NCBI RefSeq assembly: GCF_006345805.1
Contig: NC_043003.1
Coordinates: forward strand, 106,392,001-106,456,000
DNA: 64,000 nucleotides
DNA from: Octopus sinensis
Taxonomy: Eukaryota
Direction of reading: 5' to 3'
The notes under the pieces were generated by a model that had not been told where the DNA came from, searched no databases, and saw only the letters and a program-made list of their open reading frames with translations. Below are positions 38,366 through 52,100 of this stretch, piece after piece. The position numbers and the translations under genes are program-made. Within the stretch, counting starts at the first letter, position 1; every line of letters begins with the position of its first letter.

Positions 38366-40560
38366 CTTGTATAATGAAGATGCTCATTTACAATCGTTAT
38401 GTTACGTCCAAACAATGATACACACAAACACACATATATTCACGTCAGTTAACATCTGTTTTCCATGCTGGCATGGGTTGGATGGTTTGACAGGAGCTGG
38501 CAAGATCAGGAGCAGCACTAGTCATCATTGCCTGTTTTGGCAGGGTTTCTAGGATTGAATGCCCTTCTTAATGTCAACCACTTTACAGTGCGTACTGGGT
38601 GCTTTTTACATAGCACCAGAATTATTGCTTTATATCATCATCATCATCATCATCATCGTTGTTGTTTAACATCCGCTTTCAGTGATGGGTTGGATGGTTT
38701 GACTGAGGACTGGCAAGCCAGAAGGCTGCGCCAGGCTCCAATCTGATCTGGCAGAGTTTCTACAGCTGGATGCCCTCCCTAATGCCAACCGCTCCAAGAG
38801 TGTAGTGGGTGCTTTTACGTACTGCCAGCACAGGGGCCAGTCAGGCGGCACTGGCAACAACCGTGCTCAAATGGTGTTTTTTACATGCCACCTGCATGAG
38901 AGCCAGTCTGGCGGCACTGGCAATGACCGTGCTTGAATGTTTTTTCACGTGCCACTGGCACAGGTGCCAGTAAGGTGATGGTGGCAATGATCATGCTCGA
39001 ATGGTGCTTTTTACATGCCACCTGCACAGGAGCCAATCAGGCGGTACTGTCATTGGCCACATCAGCGATTTTGATTTCACTTGCTGCAACAGGTCTTTGC
39101 AAGTAAAGTTTATTGTCCAATGAATGAAGGATACTCTTAAGTGGGCTGGTTTTTGCACCACTGTCATAGGTCATGGGTCATGGTCTCACTTGGCTTGCCA
39201 GATCTTCTCAAGCACATCATATTTCCAAAGGTCTCTCTCTTTGTATAGGCAGAAACAAGGAGAATGCCCCTTGTATTTGAATACTATGCAAATATTCTTT
39301 TAAAAAACTTTTCATTTACTTTTTCCAAAATTTAATTGTTCTCCATACTTACAGTTGAAAAAATCTCAATGACTGAAACTGGTACTGAAATGTTTTTTAT
39401 AAAATTATTTTAGCATTTTTTACCTTGACTTTTTTTCCCTATATATATATACACACACACACACATTTAAATGTGTGCATATACATTTTTTGTTTTCATC
39501 AATGAAATCCGCACCCAAGGCTTTGGTCAACCTGAAGCTAATGTCAAACACATTTGTCCTAGATGCCATGCAGTGGGACTGAACTCAAAATCATACAATT
39601 GGAAAGCAAGCTTCATAACCACATGGCCATGCCTGTGCCTATATAAAATCTATATAAATAGATAGATGATGATGATGGCTGTCCACTCAGGAGTGAGAAA
39701 GACTATCACTGACCATTGCCCATGTGAAATGCTAGCAATGCCTGTGCATGAGGCAAATTGTACCAGCAGGTGACTTCACCTAGGTTCACATCTGTGGTTT
39801 TCATGCTTGCCGTGATTCCCTCCTACTCAACTGGGTAACTGTAAAACATAAAATTTTAGGTCCAATAAGGCTTGCACAGCACCTCACCCCACACCCTCTC
39901 CACTCTACTGACACTTCTAGAGAAAGCCAGGTCAAGATGTCAAGTGCCAATATGGGTTGAAGGTTTAGGGATATCAGAAAATCATGATCTCAGGGGCAAG
40001 CAAAAGATTCCCCAAATGTCCGATGCCATTCCCTGCATATCTGGTTTTATATTAGAGTAACCTTCTAAAGACATGTTTTAGCAAAAGCTAAGGGGTGCCT
40101 TACTCCCAGTGGTCTTGCAGCACATTGGACACCAACCCAGAATTTCTTTGGATTTAGCGCTACATAACTGGCTCCTGTGTTGGTGGCACTGAAAGAGCAC
40201 CATTCGAGTGTGGTCGATGCCAGTGCCACCTGACTGGCTCCCCTGCCAGTAGCATGTAAAAAGCACCCACTACACTCTTGGAGTGTTTGGCATTAAAAAT
40301 GAGCATCCATCTGTAGAAACCTTGCCAGATGAGATTGGAGCCTGGTGCATCCTCCTGGCTTGCTAGTCTTCCAGTCAAACCATCCAACCCATGCCAGCAT
40401 GGAAAGCAAACATTAAACGATGATGATGATATCTTTATTGCTACATTGTCGTTAAACCTACACAAGGTTCATCTGTCCTTTTGGCAGGTCTTGTTTTTAG
40501 TTCTACTGGATTTCTAGCAACCATCCTCATATATGTGTGTGTGTGTGTTGTGTGTGTGTG

Positions 40561-40635
<75 letters not shown>

Positions 40636-43143
40636 CGTCTCCTTGCCTTGTCATCACGTGATAGTTGTAAACACCTATCACCAACATACAAGTAGTGTTA
40701 TTCATTGCCAATCTTCCATGAAAACATGTCTGGTCATGAGGAAATATTACCTTACTTGGAAATGGGCGAAGGTTTGCAACAGGCAGGGCATCTGGCTGTA
40801 GAAAATCTGCCTCACCAAATTCCATCTGACCCATGCAAGCATAGAAAAGTTGATACTAAATGATAATGATGACGATGATATTTCTAACCACTATTATATA
40901 ACATTGTCGTTGTAGTCATAGCAACCATCACATAACGAGGAAACAGTTCCAGCAGTGCTTGTCTATCATGAATTTACCATTTACCAAAGCAGAGATCGAT
41001 GCCATTGAAGCTCGCTTCAGCAATGACATAGGATTCAACTACATGACGTTTCTCTATGAATTACTGTCGGACGAATACCAGCTATGTCCACCTCGTTATC
41101 CGACATTAAAGAAAGAGGTTTTCCATTTGAGCAGAAATAAGTCATCGCTAGAATCTGACGCCAATGTCCACGAAGAAGATGTGCTGACCAAAATTAAGAA
41201 TAAGGTAAGGACTGTGTAAATGTTTAAATGAGAATCTTATAATCGTTTGTCATTTGTGAGCTTCTGTTACTGGGCTGTGGCCATGCTGGGGCAGCACCTC
41301 CACTGGTTTGGTTGAACAAATCAACCCTAGGACATTGTTTTTTTTTTTTTTATATAAGTCTGAGACTTATTCTATCATTCTCTTTAGCTTAACCATTAAG
41401 CTACAGGGACATAACCAAACCAACACCAGTTGTCAAGCGGGAGTTGGGGGGACAAACACAGATGCATGCTCGCATTCTTACATACACATACACACACATA
41501 CATGCATACATACACATACACAAATGCATATACACCAACCACCCACCACCCCACACACATACACATTTGTGTATATATATATATATATATATAAAGCTGA
41601 AGTTGTCTGTGCATGGCAAGTTTGGTAGGCTTCAACTAACACTATCTCCTCGGAGACCCTGCAGCGCAAGTTGACCAAAATTGAGAGTATGATAGAAGAA
41701 GGCTTGCTCTTCCTTCCATAAAACAAAAAATTCAAATCAGACCATGTTAAGATCAAAAATTATTTACATCAAAAAGGTGCTTTTTTTCTATGAAAATCCC
41801 TATTTTTTACGATTTTTTTTTACTGCTGTGTCGCCATTTTTCTGTGTATTTCAACCAGAAAAATGTTCACTTAAATGTTCACAAGCTACATAATGCAAAA
41901 TTTTTACTTTTCAAAAATTCCAATTCTAAAGGGTCAAAAAGAAAACAAACCCGAGCAACGCCAGGCTATACTGCTAGTGTATATATATATATATATATAT
42001 TTTTTTTTTATTTATTTAGTTTCAGCTCACAAGCTGTGGCCATGCTGGGGCACCGCAGTATCGCCCGGTGTTGTGGTTTGTTTCGACCCTTTAGAATTGG
42101 AATTTTTGAAAAGTAAAAATTTGGCAGTATGTAGCTTGTTATTCTCTTTAAGTGAAATACACTGAAAAATGGTGACACAGCAGTCAAAACATCATAAAAA
42201 ATAGGTATTTTCATAGAAAAAAGGCACCTTTTTAATGTAAATAATTTTTAGTGTTAACATGGTCTGATTTGAATTTTTTCTTCTATGGAAGGAAGAGCTA
42301 GCCTTCTTCTATCATACTCTCATATATATATGTATATATGTATATATATACATACATATATATATGATGATATATATATATATATATTAATACGAAAAAA
42401 CCCTCCAGGCTACATCCCGAAAATTCATTTCTTTGCCAAATTTCTACAATGTTTACGGCGATTCGTTTTTATATCTTGATTTTTTATTTTTCATGCAATT
42501 TACGCACGCTTGCACGTGTGATGAACACAGTTCACGTCAAACAGCTGACTGAGTAAAGTTCACTATTCAATGCATAGGATAAGGCCTAAACAATCACATT
42601 ATCAATTTTTGAACTTGCGAGATGAATTTCGGAACAGAAATAGCACAGTTCAATTTTCATTCGCCTAAACTTTAAGTGACCCATTTTTGGTGGCTCTACG
42701 ATTTGTTGGCTCGGAGGAGATGTGCCGGGAAGTTAAACACACAGATACACACAAGTTGAGTTTTATATATATAGATATATTTGTATAAAGCAGTGAGGTT
42801 GTTGATAGTTTTGTTCATTACAAGTTGATTACATTTAAAGAGGTGACAGTGAGAAGATTGCACCACAGGCCCTCATAAAGTGCAAGTGTGGCTGTGTGGT
42901 TGACGAGCTTGTTTCGCAAGCATATGGTCTTGGGTTCAAAACCACTGCCTGACACCTTGGGCCAACCGAAGCCTTGTGAGTGGATTTGATAGAGGGAAAC
43001 AGAAAGAAGCCCATTGTATGTATGTATGTATGTATGTATGTATGTGTGTGCGTGTGTGTATGTATGTATGTGTGTATGTATGTATGTATTGTATGTATGT
43101 ATGTGTGAGTGTATGTATGTATGTGTGTGTGTGTGTGTATGTA

Positions 43144-43174
<31 letters not shown>

Positions 43175-43558
43175 GTGTGTATGTATGTATGTGTGTGTGT
43201 ATGTATGTATGTATGTGTGTGTGTGTATGTATGTATGTATGTATGTGTGAGTGTATGTATGTATGTGTGAGTGTATGTATGTATGTGTGTGTGTATGTAT
43301 GTATGTATGTATGTATGTGTGTGTATATCTTTGCGTTTGTCCCTCACCACTACTTGCTAACTGGTGTTGGTTTGTTTATATCTCCATAACTTAGCAGTTT
43401 GGCAAAAAGAAACCAATAGAACACAAATATGAGGTTTAAAAGAAATAGGCTGTGGTTTGATTCATTTGACTGAGACACCTCAAGGTGATGCTCCAGCCTG
43501 GCCAAAGTCCAACTGAAACAAAAAATAAAAGGTGAACGTGTGTGTGTGTGTGTGTGTG

Positions 43559-43604
<46 letters not shown>

Positions 43605-44993
43605 ATGTGTGTGTGTGTGTGTGTGTGTGTGTAGAAGCATCTGGCTGTGGAAAATCTGCCGCCATAAGTTCTGCTTGACCCAAGCAAGCATGAAAGACAT
43701 TAAACTGCTGGTTCTCAACCATTTTTTTTGCTTTTGGTTTCTATGTTAAACCAAGCAGTGTGTTAGGACCACTAAAAATGCAGAAGTCAATTAGATGAAC
43801 CCCAGCACAAAACTGGTACTTATTTCATTGACCCCAACCCACCCATCAAAAGATTAATAGGCAAAGACCCCAAAAGGATTAAAGGGCAAAGTCGAACCCA
43901 ACAACATTTGAACTCAGAACTTAAAGTCTGAAGAACTGTTGCTAAGCATTTCGTCTGGAATGGTAAACTATTCTGCCAAATCACTGTCGAATGATGTACA
44001 AATAATGGCTTTGAATTTTAGCACAAGGCCAGCAGGTTTGGGGCAGAAGTTAAGTCATTTACATCAACCCCCAGTATTCAACTGGTACTTGTTTCATCAA
44101 CCCCAAAAGGACTAAAAGGCAAAGTTGACCTCAGCGGAATTTGAACTCAGAACATAAAGACATACAAAATGCCAATAACCATTTCCTCTGGCATGCTAAC
44201 GACCCAGCCAGCTTGCCACCTCATGATGTACAAATATTTATTTCTTTATTTCCCACAGGGGGCTAAACATAGAGGGGACAAACGAGGACAGACAAAGGGA
44301 TTGAATCAATTACATCGACCCCAGTGCGTAACTGGTACTTATTTAATCGATCCCGAAAGGATGAAAGGCAAAGTTGACCTCGGTGGAATTTGAACTCAGA
44401 ACGTAACGGTAGATGAAATACCTATTTCTTTATTACCCACAAGGGGCAAAACACAGAGGGGACAAAGAAGGACAGACATAGGTATTAAGTCGATTACATC
44501 GACGCCAGTGCGTAACTGGTACTTAATTTATCGACCCCGAAAGGATGAAAGGCAAAGTCGACCTCAGTGGAATTTGAACTCAGAACGTAACGGTAGACGA
44601 AATACCGCTAAGCATTTCGCCTGGCGCACTAACGACCCTGCCAGCTTGCCCCCTCATGATGTACAAATATTAAAAACAAAATCAATATGTTTATCATTCG
44701 TTGTGCCAAATCAAGCTAAACTTGTGAATTTGATTTTGTGGGTTTTTCGTTTTATTCTTTATTTTTTTTTTTTCCGATTAAACATTTAATAATTCAGATA
44801 GACATCATCAATATTTTATCGTAGACGTCATGCTTGTATGCTTTTTACATGCATAGGAGTAGATGAGATGAGGACACGAACGTTAAAGAGATGTGTGTGT
44901 GTGTGTCATAAGGATGTGAGTTTTTGTGTATGTGCGTATCATAAGTGTGTGTGTGTGTGTGTGTGTAAGTGACAGTATTATAGTGGTTATACC

Positions 44994-45028
<35 letters not shown>

Positions 45029-45119
45029 GTGTATGTCTGTATGTGTGCTCGAGGGTTTGGCTGAGTTTCACAGTGTATGAGTTGTTGCAGATGATGTTGT
45101 ACTTTATCAATGAGTCTGT

Positions 45120-45152
<33 letters not shown>

Positions 45153-45422
45153 AGTATGCATGTGTGTGTGTGTGTGAGTATGCATGTGTGTGTGTGTGTG
45201 TGAGTATGCATGTGTGTGTGTGGTGTGAGTATGCATGTGTGTGTGTGTGTGTGAGTATGCATGTGTGTGTGTGTGTGTGTGTGAGTATGCATGTGTGTGT
45301 CTGTGTGTGAGTATGCATGTGTGGTGTGTGTGTGTGTGAGTATGCATGTGTGTGTGTGTGTTGTGTGAGTATGCATGTGTGTGTCTGTGTGTGAGTATGC
45401 ATGTGTGTGTGTGTGTGTGTCT

Positions 45423-45455
<33 letters not shown>

Positions 45456-46138
45456 CATGTGGCCCACTTGTTCAGGAACACACATGCAGAAAAACATATA
45501 TTTGCATTGTTTCGTGTTAATTTCCATAATGAAATCTAGAAACCGAGATAAGATTTTACCCTTGGGCAAATATATAAATATCAGTTTGCTGTCAGCAATT
45601 TTTAATGCAGTGGGTCATCACCATCATCACCATCATCATCATCACCACCATCATCAGCAGCAGCAGCCGTGTCTTATCACCACCAGCCACTACCATCAGT
45701 AGAGGCGCAATGGCCCAGTGGTTAGGGCAGCGGACTCGCGGTCGTAGGATCGCAGTTTCGATTCCCAGACCGGGCGTTGTGAGTGTTTATTGAGCGAAAA
45801 CACCTAAAAGCTCCACGAGGCTCCGGCAGGGGATGGTGGTGATCCCTGCTGTACTCTTTCACCACAACTTTCTCTCACTCTTACTTCCTGTTTCTGTTGT
45901 ACCTGTATTTCAAGGGGCCGGCCTTGTCACTCTCTGTGTCACGCTGAATATCCCCGAGAACTACGTTAAGGGTACACGTGTCTGTGGAGTGCTCAGCCAC
46001 TTACACGTTAATTTCACAAGCAGGCTGTTCCGTTGATTCGGATCAACCGGAACCCTCATCGTCGTAACCGACGGAGTGCTTCCCCACTACCATCATTATG
46101 ATGGTCATCACAACCATCATCATGATCATTATTATCAG

Positions 46139-46187
<49 letters not shown>

Positions 46188-46964
46188 GAGTGAGAGAGCA
46201 GTGCATGCCATCAAAGTGACACTGGGGTAAAATATACGAAGCCCAGTATACCCATCATAACTACCCGTCTGATAAGGGTACACCAGGCATGTGCATCACA
46301 ACTATATGTGCGCGACATGGAGATCTCATATCAAGATAAACAGCACATGACCTTGCAATTAGGGCCCAGTTAGAATTTTCTTCAGGTTGAGTATCCAATC
46401 CTGCACAAAAGGTCCCTGAATAAAGGTTGCTTAAGGATGTTGAACGAAGCACCCATGTTTCCGGAGGTGAATTATTCAAACCGAGGTCGACTTTGCATTT
46501 CATCCTTTCGGGGTCGATTAAATAAGTACCAGTTACGCACTGGGGTCGATATAATCGACTCAATCCCTTTGTCTGTCCTTGTTTGTCCCCTCTGTGTTTA
46601 GCCCCTTGTTGGTAGTAAAGAAATAGGTATTTCATGTCTTCATGTTCTGAGTTGAAATTCCGCTGAGATCAACTTCGTCTTTCATTCTTTCAAAGTCAAT
46701 AAATTAAGTACCAGTTGCATACTGGGTTGACCTAATTGACTGGCCTCCTCCCCCAAAATTTCAGGCCTTGTGTCTTGAGTAGAAAAGAATCATTAGCATG
46801 CTTTTCCTCCCCTTTATGTTCTGAATCAAATTCTGCTGAGGTCGACTTTGCCTTTCATCCTTTTGGGGTCAATAAATTAAGTACCAGTGAAACACTGGGG
46901 TCAATATAATCAACTAGTTCCTTCCAGCCAAAAATTTAAGGCCTTGTACCTTTTAGGTGAAAGG

Positions 46965-47012
<48 letters not shown>

Positions 47013-48175
47013 TTATTATTATTACTTCTTTTTATCACAGGTTTTGTTGTAACTCCTGGAGTCTTGCATGCATAGCTGGCTTACTACCTGCAGCCAAAAG
47101 TACAATCCTATCCATTCTTTTCAGCTATGAAATACCTCCATTATTCTGGCCGTGCCAAGGAGGCAAACCTTTTGTAACAGTTCTACTGGGCACTCTATTC
47201 CAATTTCCTTTATATTCCTCTTGATGCCTTCTGATACTGTCCCCAAGGGCCTAACAATAATTGCCACCATCTTCATTTTCCATAGCTGGGCTATTTCATA
47301 CTTAAGACGGTTGTATCCATCTATCTTTTCACCTTCCTTCTTGACTATTCCTGGGTCAAAGGGGCATGCAACATCAGCTATATAGCATATACAGGTCTGG
47401 TATTATCATTATTATTATTGTTATCATTATTATCAAATAATCACAGAAGTTCGAGGCAGTCTTCAGCCTGACCAGCTCTTGTGGTACCATCCCACTCATA
47501 CTAGCATGGAACACGGACATTAAATGATGATGATGATGCCTTCTGATACTGTTCCCAAGGACCGAACAATAATTGCCACTATCTTCACCTCCTTCATTTT
47601 CCATTGCTGGGCTATTTCATAGTTAAGAGAGTTGTATTTATCTTTTTCCCTTCCTTCTTGGCTATTCGTGGATCAAAGGGGCATGCAATATCAACTATAT
47701 AACACATGTGGTGCACCTTGTCCACCACCACTAGGTCCAGTCTGTTATGCTCTAGCACCTGATCTGTTCAGATTAGGAAATCCCAGAGGCTTTTGCTAGT
47801 CTCTGACTCTGCCTCTCTCTGCAGTTTGTGCTCAGACCACGTCTTGCCCTCACTTTCTGCACAGTTTCCAATGTAGCGCTTTCACTATCTGATCATGCCA
47901 TCACAACTTGTGGCGGGTTTGGGGCAAGTGTGGGGCATTCATTTGTGATATGGACGATGGTTTCATCCACCCTATTGCAGATGCAGCACAAAGGAGACAC
48001 TTGCTCATTCCTAAGGTTGACCCTCCAGTTTGTGGCCAAAGCCTGGTCTTGCTTTTGGTCCCTTTTTTTAGGGTTCCTTTCGTCAGCCAATCCCACTTAT
48101 TTTTTCCAGCAACTTCTGTTGTTGCCAAATGGAATTGATTGAGTAGTCTCTTCTTGTGAAATTCTTCATGTCCTT

Positions 48176-48219
<44 letters not shown>

Positions 48220-49130
48220 TATTATTAAGGCAGCGAGCTGGTAGAATGATGCTGGACAAAATGCTTAGCAGCAGCATATTGTCCATCTCTATGTTCTGAG
48301 TTCAAATTCTGCTGAGGTCAGTTTTGCCTTTCATCTATTTAGGGTCAATGAAATGAGTACCAGTTAAGCATGGGGGTGGGGGTGGGGGGCTCGATGTAAT
48401 CGGCCATTCCCCTCCCCTCAAGTTGCTGGCCTTGTACCAAAATTATAAAAAATATTTATGATTATATCATGCTTCTCTTTTATTTTATAAAAAGTAGATT
48501 ATGATGTCCACAGTTCTATATTTAAGAGATGAGGAATTATTTACATTATTTACATTTGACAGATATTTGTCCTCATTTTGTTTGCTGTTAACATGTTTCG
48601 GCTGATATACCCTCCAGCTTTCAAAAGGTGTCTTGGGGAAATTTCGAACCTGGGTTCTCATTCCTAAGGTATTTTTCGATGTTATTATTATTATTATTGC
48701 CTTTGCGCAGCTTCTAACGCTGGAGATGCAACACAGTGTCAGCTGTTCACTACCAGTGAACTAAGGTAACACCTCTTATTTTTCGAGCACCTTCCAGAGT
48801 ATTCGAGCGGTTCCAAGCAGTGCTGTTTTCTGCAAGTGCTCCACCCTAATTGCAGCCCCTATTTGTTCCACATACTTCTCGAGATTTTAACTCACTGTTC
48901 TCAGGGTTCCAACAATTATTGGTACTACTGCTACCTTTTGCATCGACCACAACTGCTTAACTTCCCAAGCTAACCTGTCATATCTCTCAACTTTTCTCTC
49001 TTCCTTATCGCATACCTTGTTGTCAGCTGGGCATGCTATATCTTATGATCCAGCATAGTTTGTTTTCTTTCTCAATTAAGACTATGTCCGGCTTTGTTTT
49101 CTTTCTTAATTATGACTGTGTCTGGCTTTA

Positions 49131-49172
<42 letters not shown>

Positions 49173-52100
49173 TCACTGCCTGGAATCGAACTTGGAATCT
49201 TGGGGTTAGTAGCCTGCGCTCTTAACCAAGTCTAGGGCATTTGTTCATGATATGGACAATGGTTTCATCCACCCTATTGCAGATGCAGCACAATGGAGAC
49301 ACTTGCTCATTCCTAAGGTTGACCCTCCAGTTCATGGCCAAAGCTTGGCCTTGCTCTTGGTCTCTTGGGCATATGGCGTAGTGGTTAAGAGCGCAGGCTA
49401 CTAACCCCAAGATTCTGAGTTCGATTCCAGGCAGTGACCTGAATAATAATAATATATATGGAAGCACTCCGTTGGTTACGACGACGAGGGTTCCAGTTGA
49501 TCCGAATCAACGGAACAGCCTGCTCGTGAAATTAACGTGTAAGTGGCTGAGCACTCCACAGACACGTGCACCCTTAACGTAGTTCTCGGGGATATTCAGC
49601 GTGACACAGAGAGTGACAAGGCCGGCCCCTTGAAATACAGGTACAACAGAAACAGGAAGTAAGAGTGAGAGAAAGTTGTGGTGAAAGAGTACAGCAGGGA
49701 TCACTACCATCCCCTGCCGGAGCCTCGTGGAGCTTTTAGGTGTTTTCGCTCAATAAACACTCACAACGCCCGGTCTGGGATAATAATAATAATAATAATA
49801 ATAACATTGAAAAATACCTTAGGAAGGAGAACCCAGGTTCGAAATGATGAGGGCTGGACTTATATCAGCCGAAACATGTTAACAACAAACATGATGAGGA
49901 CAAATATCCATCAATTATAAATAACATAAATAATGTTCTTTCCTTTATTCGCATTTAACTTTCAATAGAGGACACCATTGTAGCTGTCCTCATGAGATGA
50001 GTTAAAAGCCTCTAAAAATAATGTAAATAATGTATAATGATGTCCACATAGAAGCTCTCTCATAGGTTTCTGTAAATCTATTTATCTAATGTAAGGTATA
50101 CTAGCCATCTCAACATGGCTCACCACTAAGGGTGGGTGTTACTGTAGCTTGTAGCCCCAGGAGATCATCATCTCCAGCTGGCTTTAGGCACACTTTCTGT
50201 GCCCTTATGGTATTTGCAAAGGGAGGCCCTTATGGTATTTGCAAAGGGGCTACAAGCTACAGTAACACCCACCCTTAGTGGTTAGCCATATTGAGATGGC
50301 TAGTGTACCTTACACTGTCGTGCAGTTACTGTTTACATCTCGTTCAGAGATTTATTATTGCTTGCAGACAGTTTTTCGAAATCAGTGACGAAAAGTTACT
50401 GGAAAAACCATAAATAAGGATTTGCAAACAGTCTCCCTTCATTGAAAACCGGTGATTGCCGTACACTGAAGACAGGCAAAAACCCTAGAAACTGCAGTCC
50501 GTGAGTATCGCTTAGGTTGACGAGAGAGGGATGACCTCCCTTTGCAAATACCATAAGGGCACAGAAAGTGTGCCTAAAGCCAGCTGGAGATGATGATCTC
50601 CTGGGGCTAAAAGCTACAGTAACACCCACCCTTAGTGGTTAGCCATATTGAGATGGCTAGTGTACCTTACATTGTCGTGCAGTTACTGTTTACATCTCGT
50701 TCAGAGATTTATTATTGCTATTTATTTAATGCAGATGACCAAACATTTCAGTAAAATCGATTTTGTTTTTAAGTTTCTGCAATGGTCACTGTTACCCCAA
50801 ATTCTAGAACCTATCCTCAGACAGGTTTACTATTTCCTCTATTGGAAACCTACATTTTATTTAAACTTCTTCTAGGTTACATTTTGATAACCTAGCATAT
50901 TCAGTACAATGTTGTAGTTTTAATTATGTAGTCATTATATTTCATATAAACTCCAGATATATAACAGGACTTGCATCTTTTGTCCTTGTTTGTCAAGTTC
51001 AAATTTAAACTTCACAATATGAAAGAATGATTACACTGGACAATAAAGATTTTGCTGTTGGGGTAAAAGCATGTGTTTTAGACTAAATCAAGGATGCTGA
51101 TTCCAAATCTGCACTCAGAATTGTTCTAGCATGTCAGGATTTTGTGTTATGCACATGCACAAGATTATAACTATACTTTCAGCTAGATATAGGCCGTATT
51201 ATAAAATTTGCTAAAATGAAAGCGGACTTAATTCAAAGTTAAAGAAAAACAGCAATAAAACAAACGATGAGAAAGTTCGTTATTTAGTTTGGCAATAGAT
51301 GGCGCTGACGTATTGTGTGCAAGCGCCAAATACGTCAGTTTGTTCTTGGTAACTCTCAGTGTCGCTTGTGCTGCCGTCACGTGTGGCATGTGTATCTCTT
51401 GCTCTGCGTGATTACTGTTTTAACTGTGTTCATAGTGTTAGACCATGAATAGGAGAGACTGTGTGAATCCCCCCAGACAACTTTTGCTATGTCTGTGGAA
51501 AGTTTGCTCCGTGTGACCAGCGGAAGAACATTGCCACCAAATTAAAAACTGCCTATAAATATTATTTCGGGTGTAAAGTTGGGGACCGAGACAAGAGGTG
51601 GGTATTTCATATATGCTGCACCGTGTGTTGCTCGGGGCTTACACAGTGGCTGAATGGAAAACAGAAGGGAAAGTCTTTTGATTTATCATTGATATGGCAT
51701 GAGCCAGCCAATCATGTCTCTAATTGTTACTTTTGCATGAGTGGTTTCTGAAAAAAGACCAAAGCAAAAATTGTGTAAGCAGATTGTAAGTCGGCTCTAA
51801 AACCAGCCCCACATGACTTCGAGAACCCTGTCCCAGTTCCCCTCTCATATGCTTCACTTGAAAATCTTGACACGTCACATGATGAACCCCTTCAGTCTCC
51901 TATTGACGAAGAGTACATAGGTGATTTTAAGAAAAATGAGCCTGGCTAGTTTAACAAAGAAGATTTGGATGATTTAGTGAGAGACTTAGCATTGTCAAAG
52001 GAGAGGGTAGACGTTTTGGGATCCAAACTACAACAGAATCTTCTACACCAAGGAATGATAATTTCCATTTTCTGTTCTCACCATACAGGCTTATCTGTCT

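Larger units (their letters stand above)
48511..49935. mobile_element. Second head-to-head pair of the tRNA-head/(AAT)n/hammerhead-tail element, with later insertions
   Basis: Minus copy: tail 48511-48695, head 49171-49228. Plus copy: head 49367-49439, tail 49803-49935. Confidence 0.75.

Noticed and set aside
49367-49439. Possible tRNA gene (also the SINE A/B/C heads)
   Set aside because: A and B boxes are present, but there is no convincing acceptor stem or cloverleaf, and each is fused to a repeat body; treated as SINE heads.
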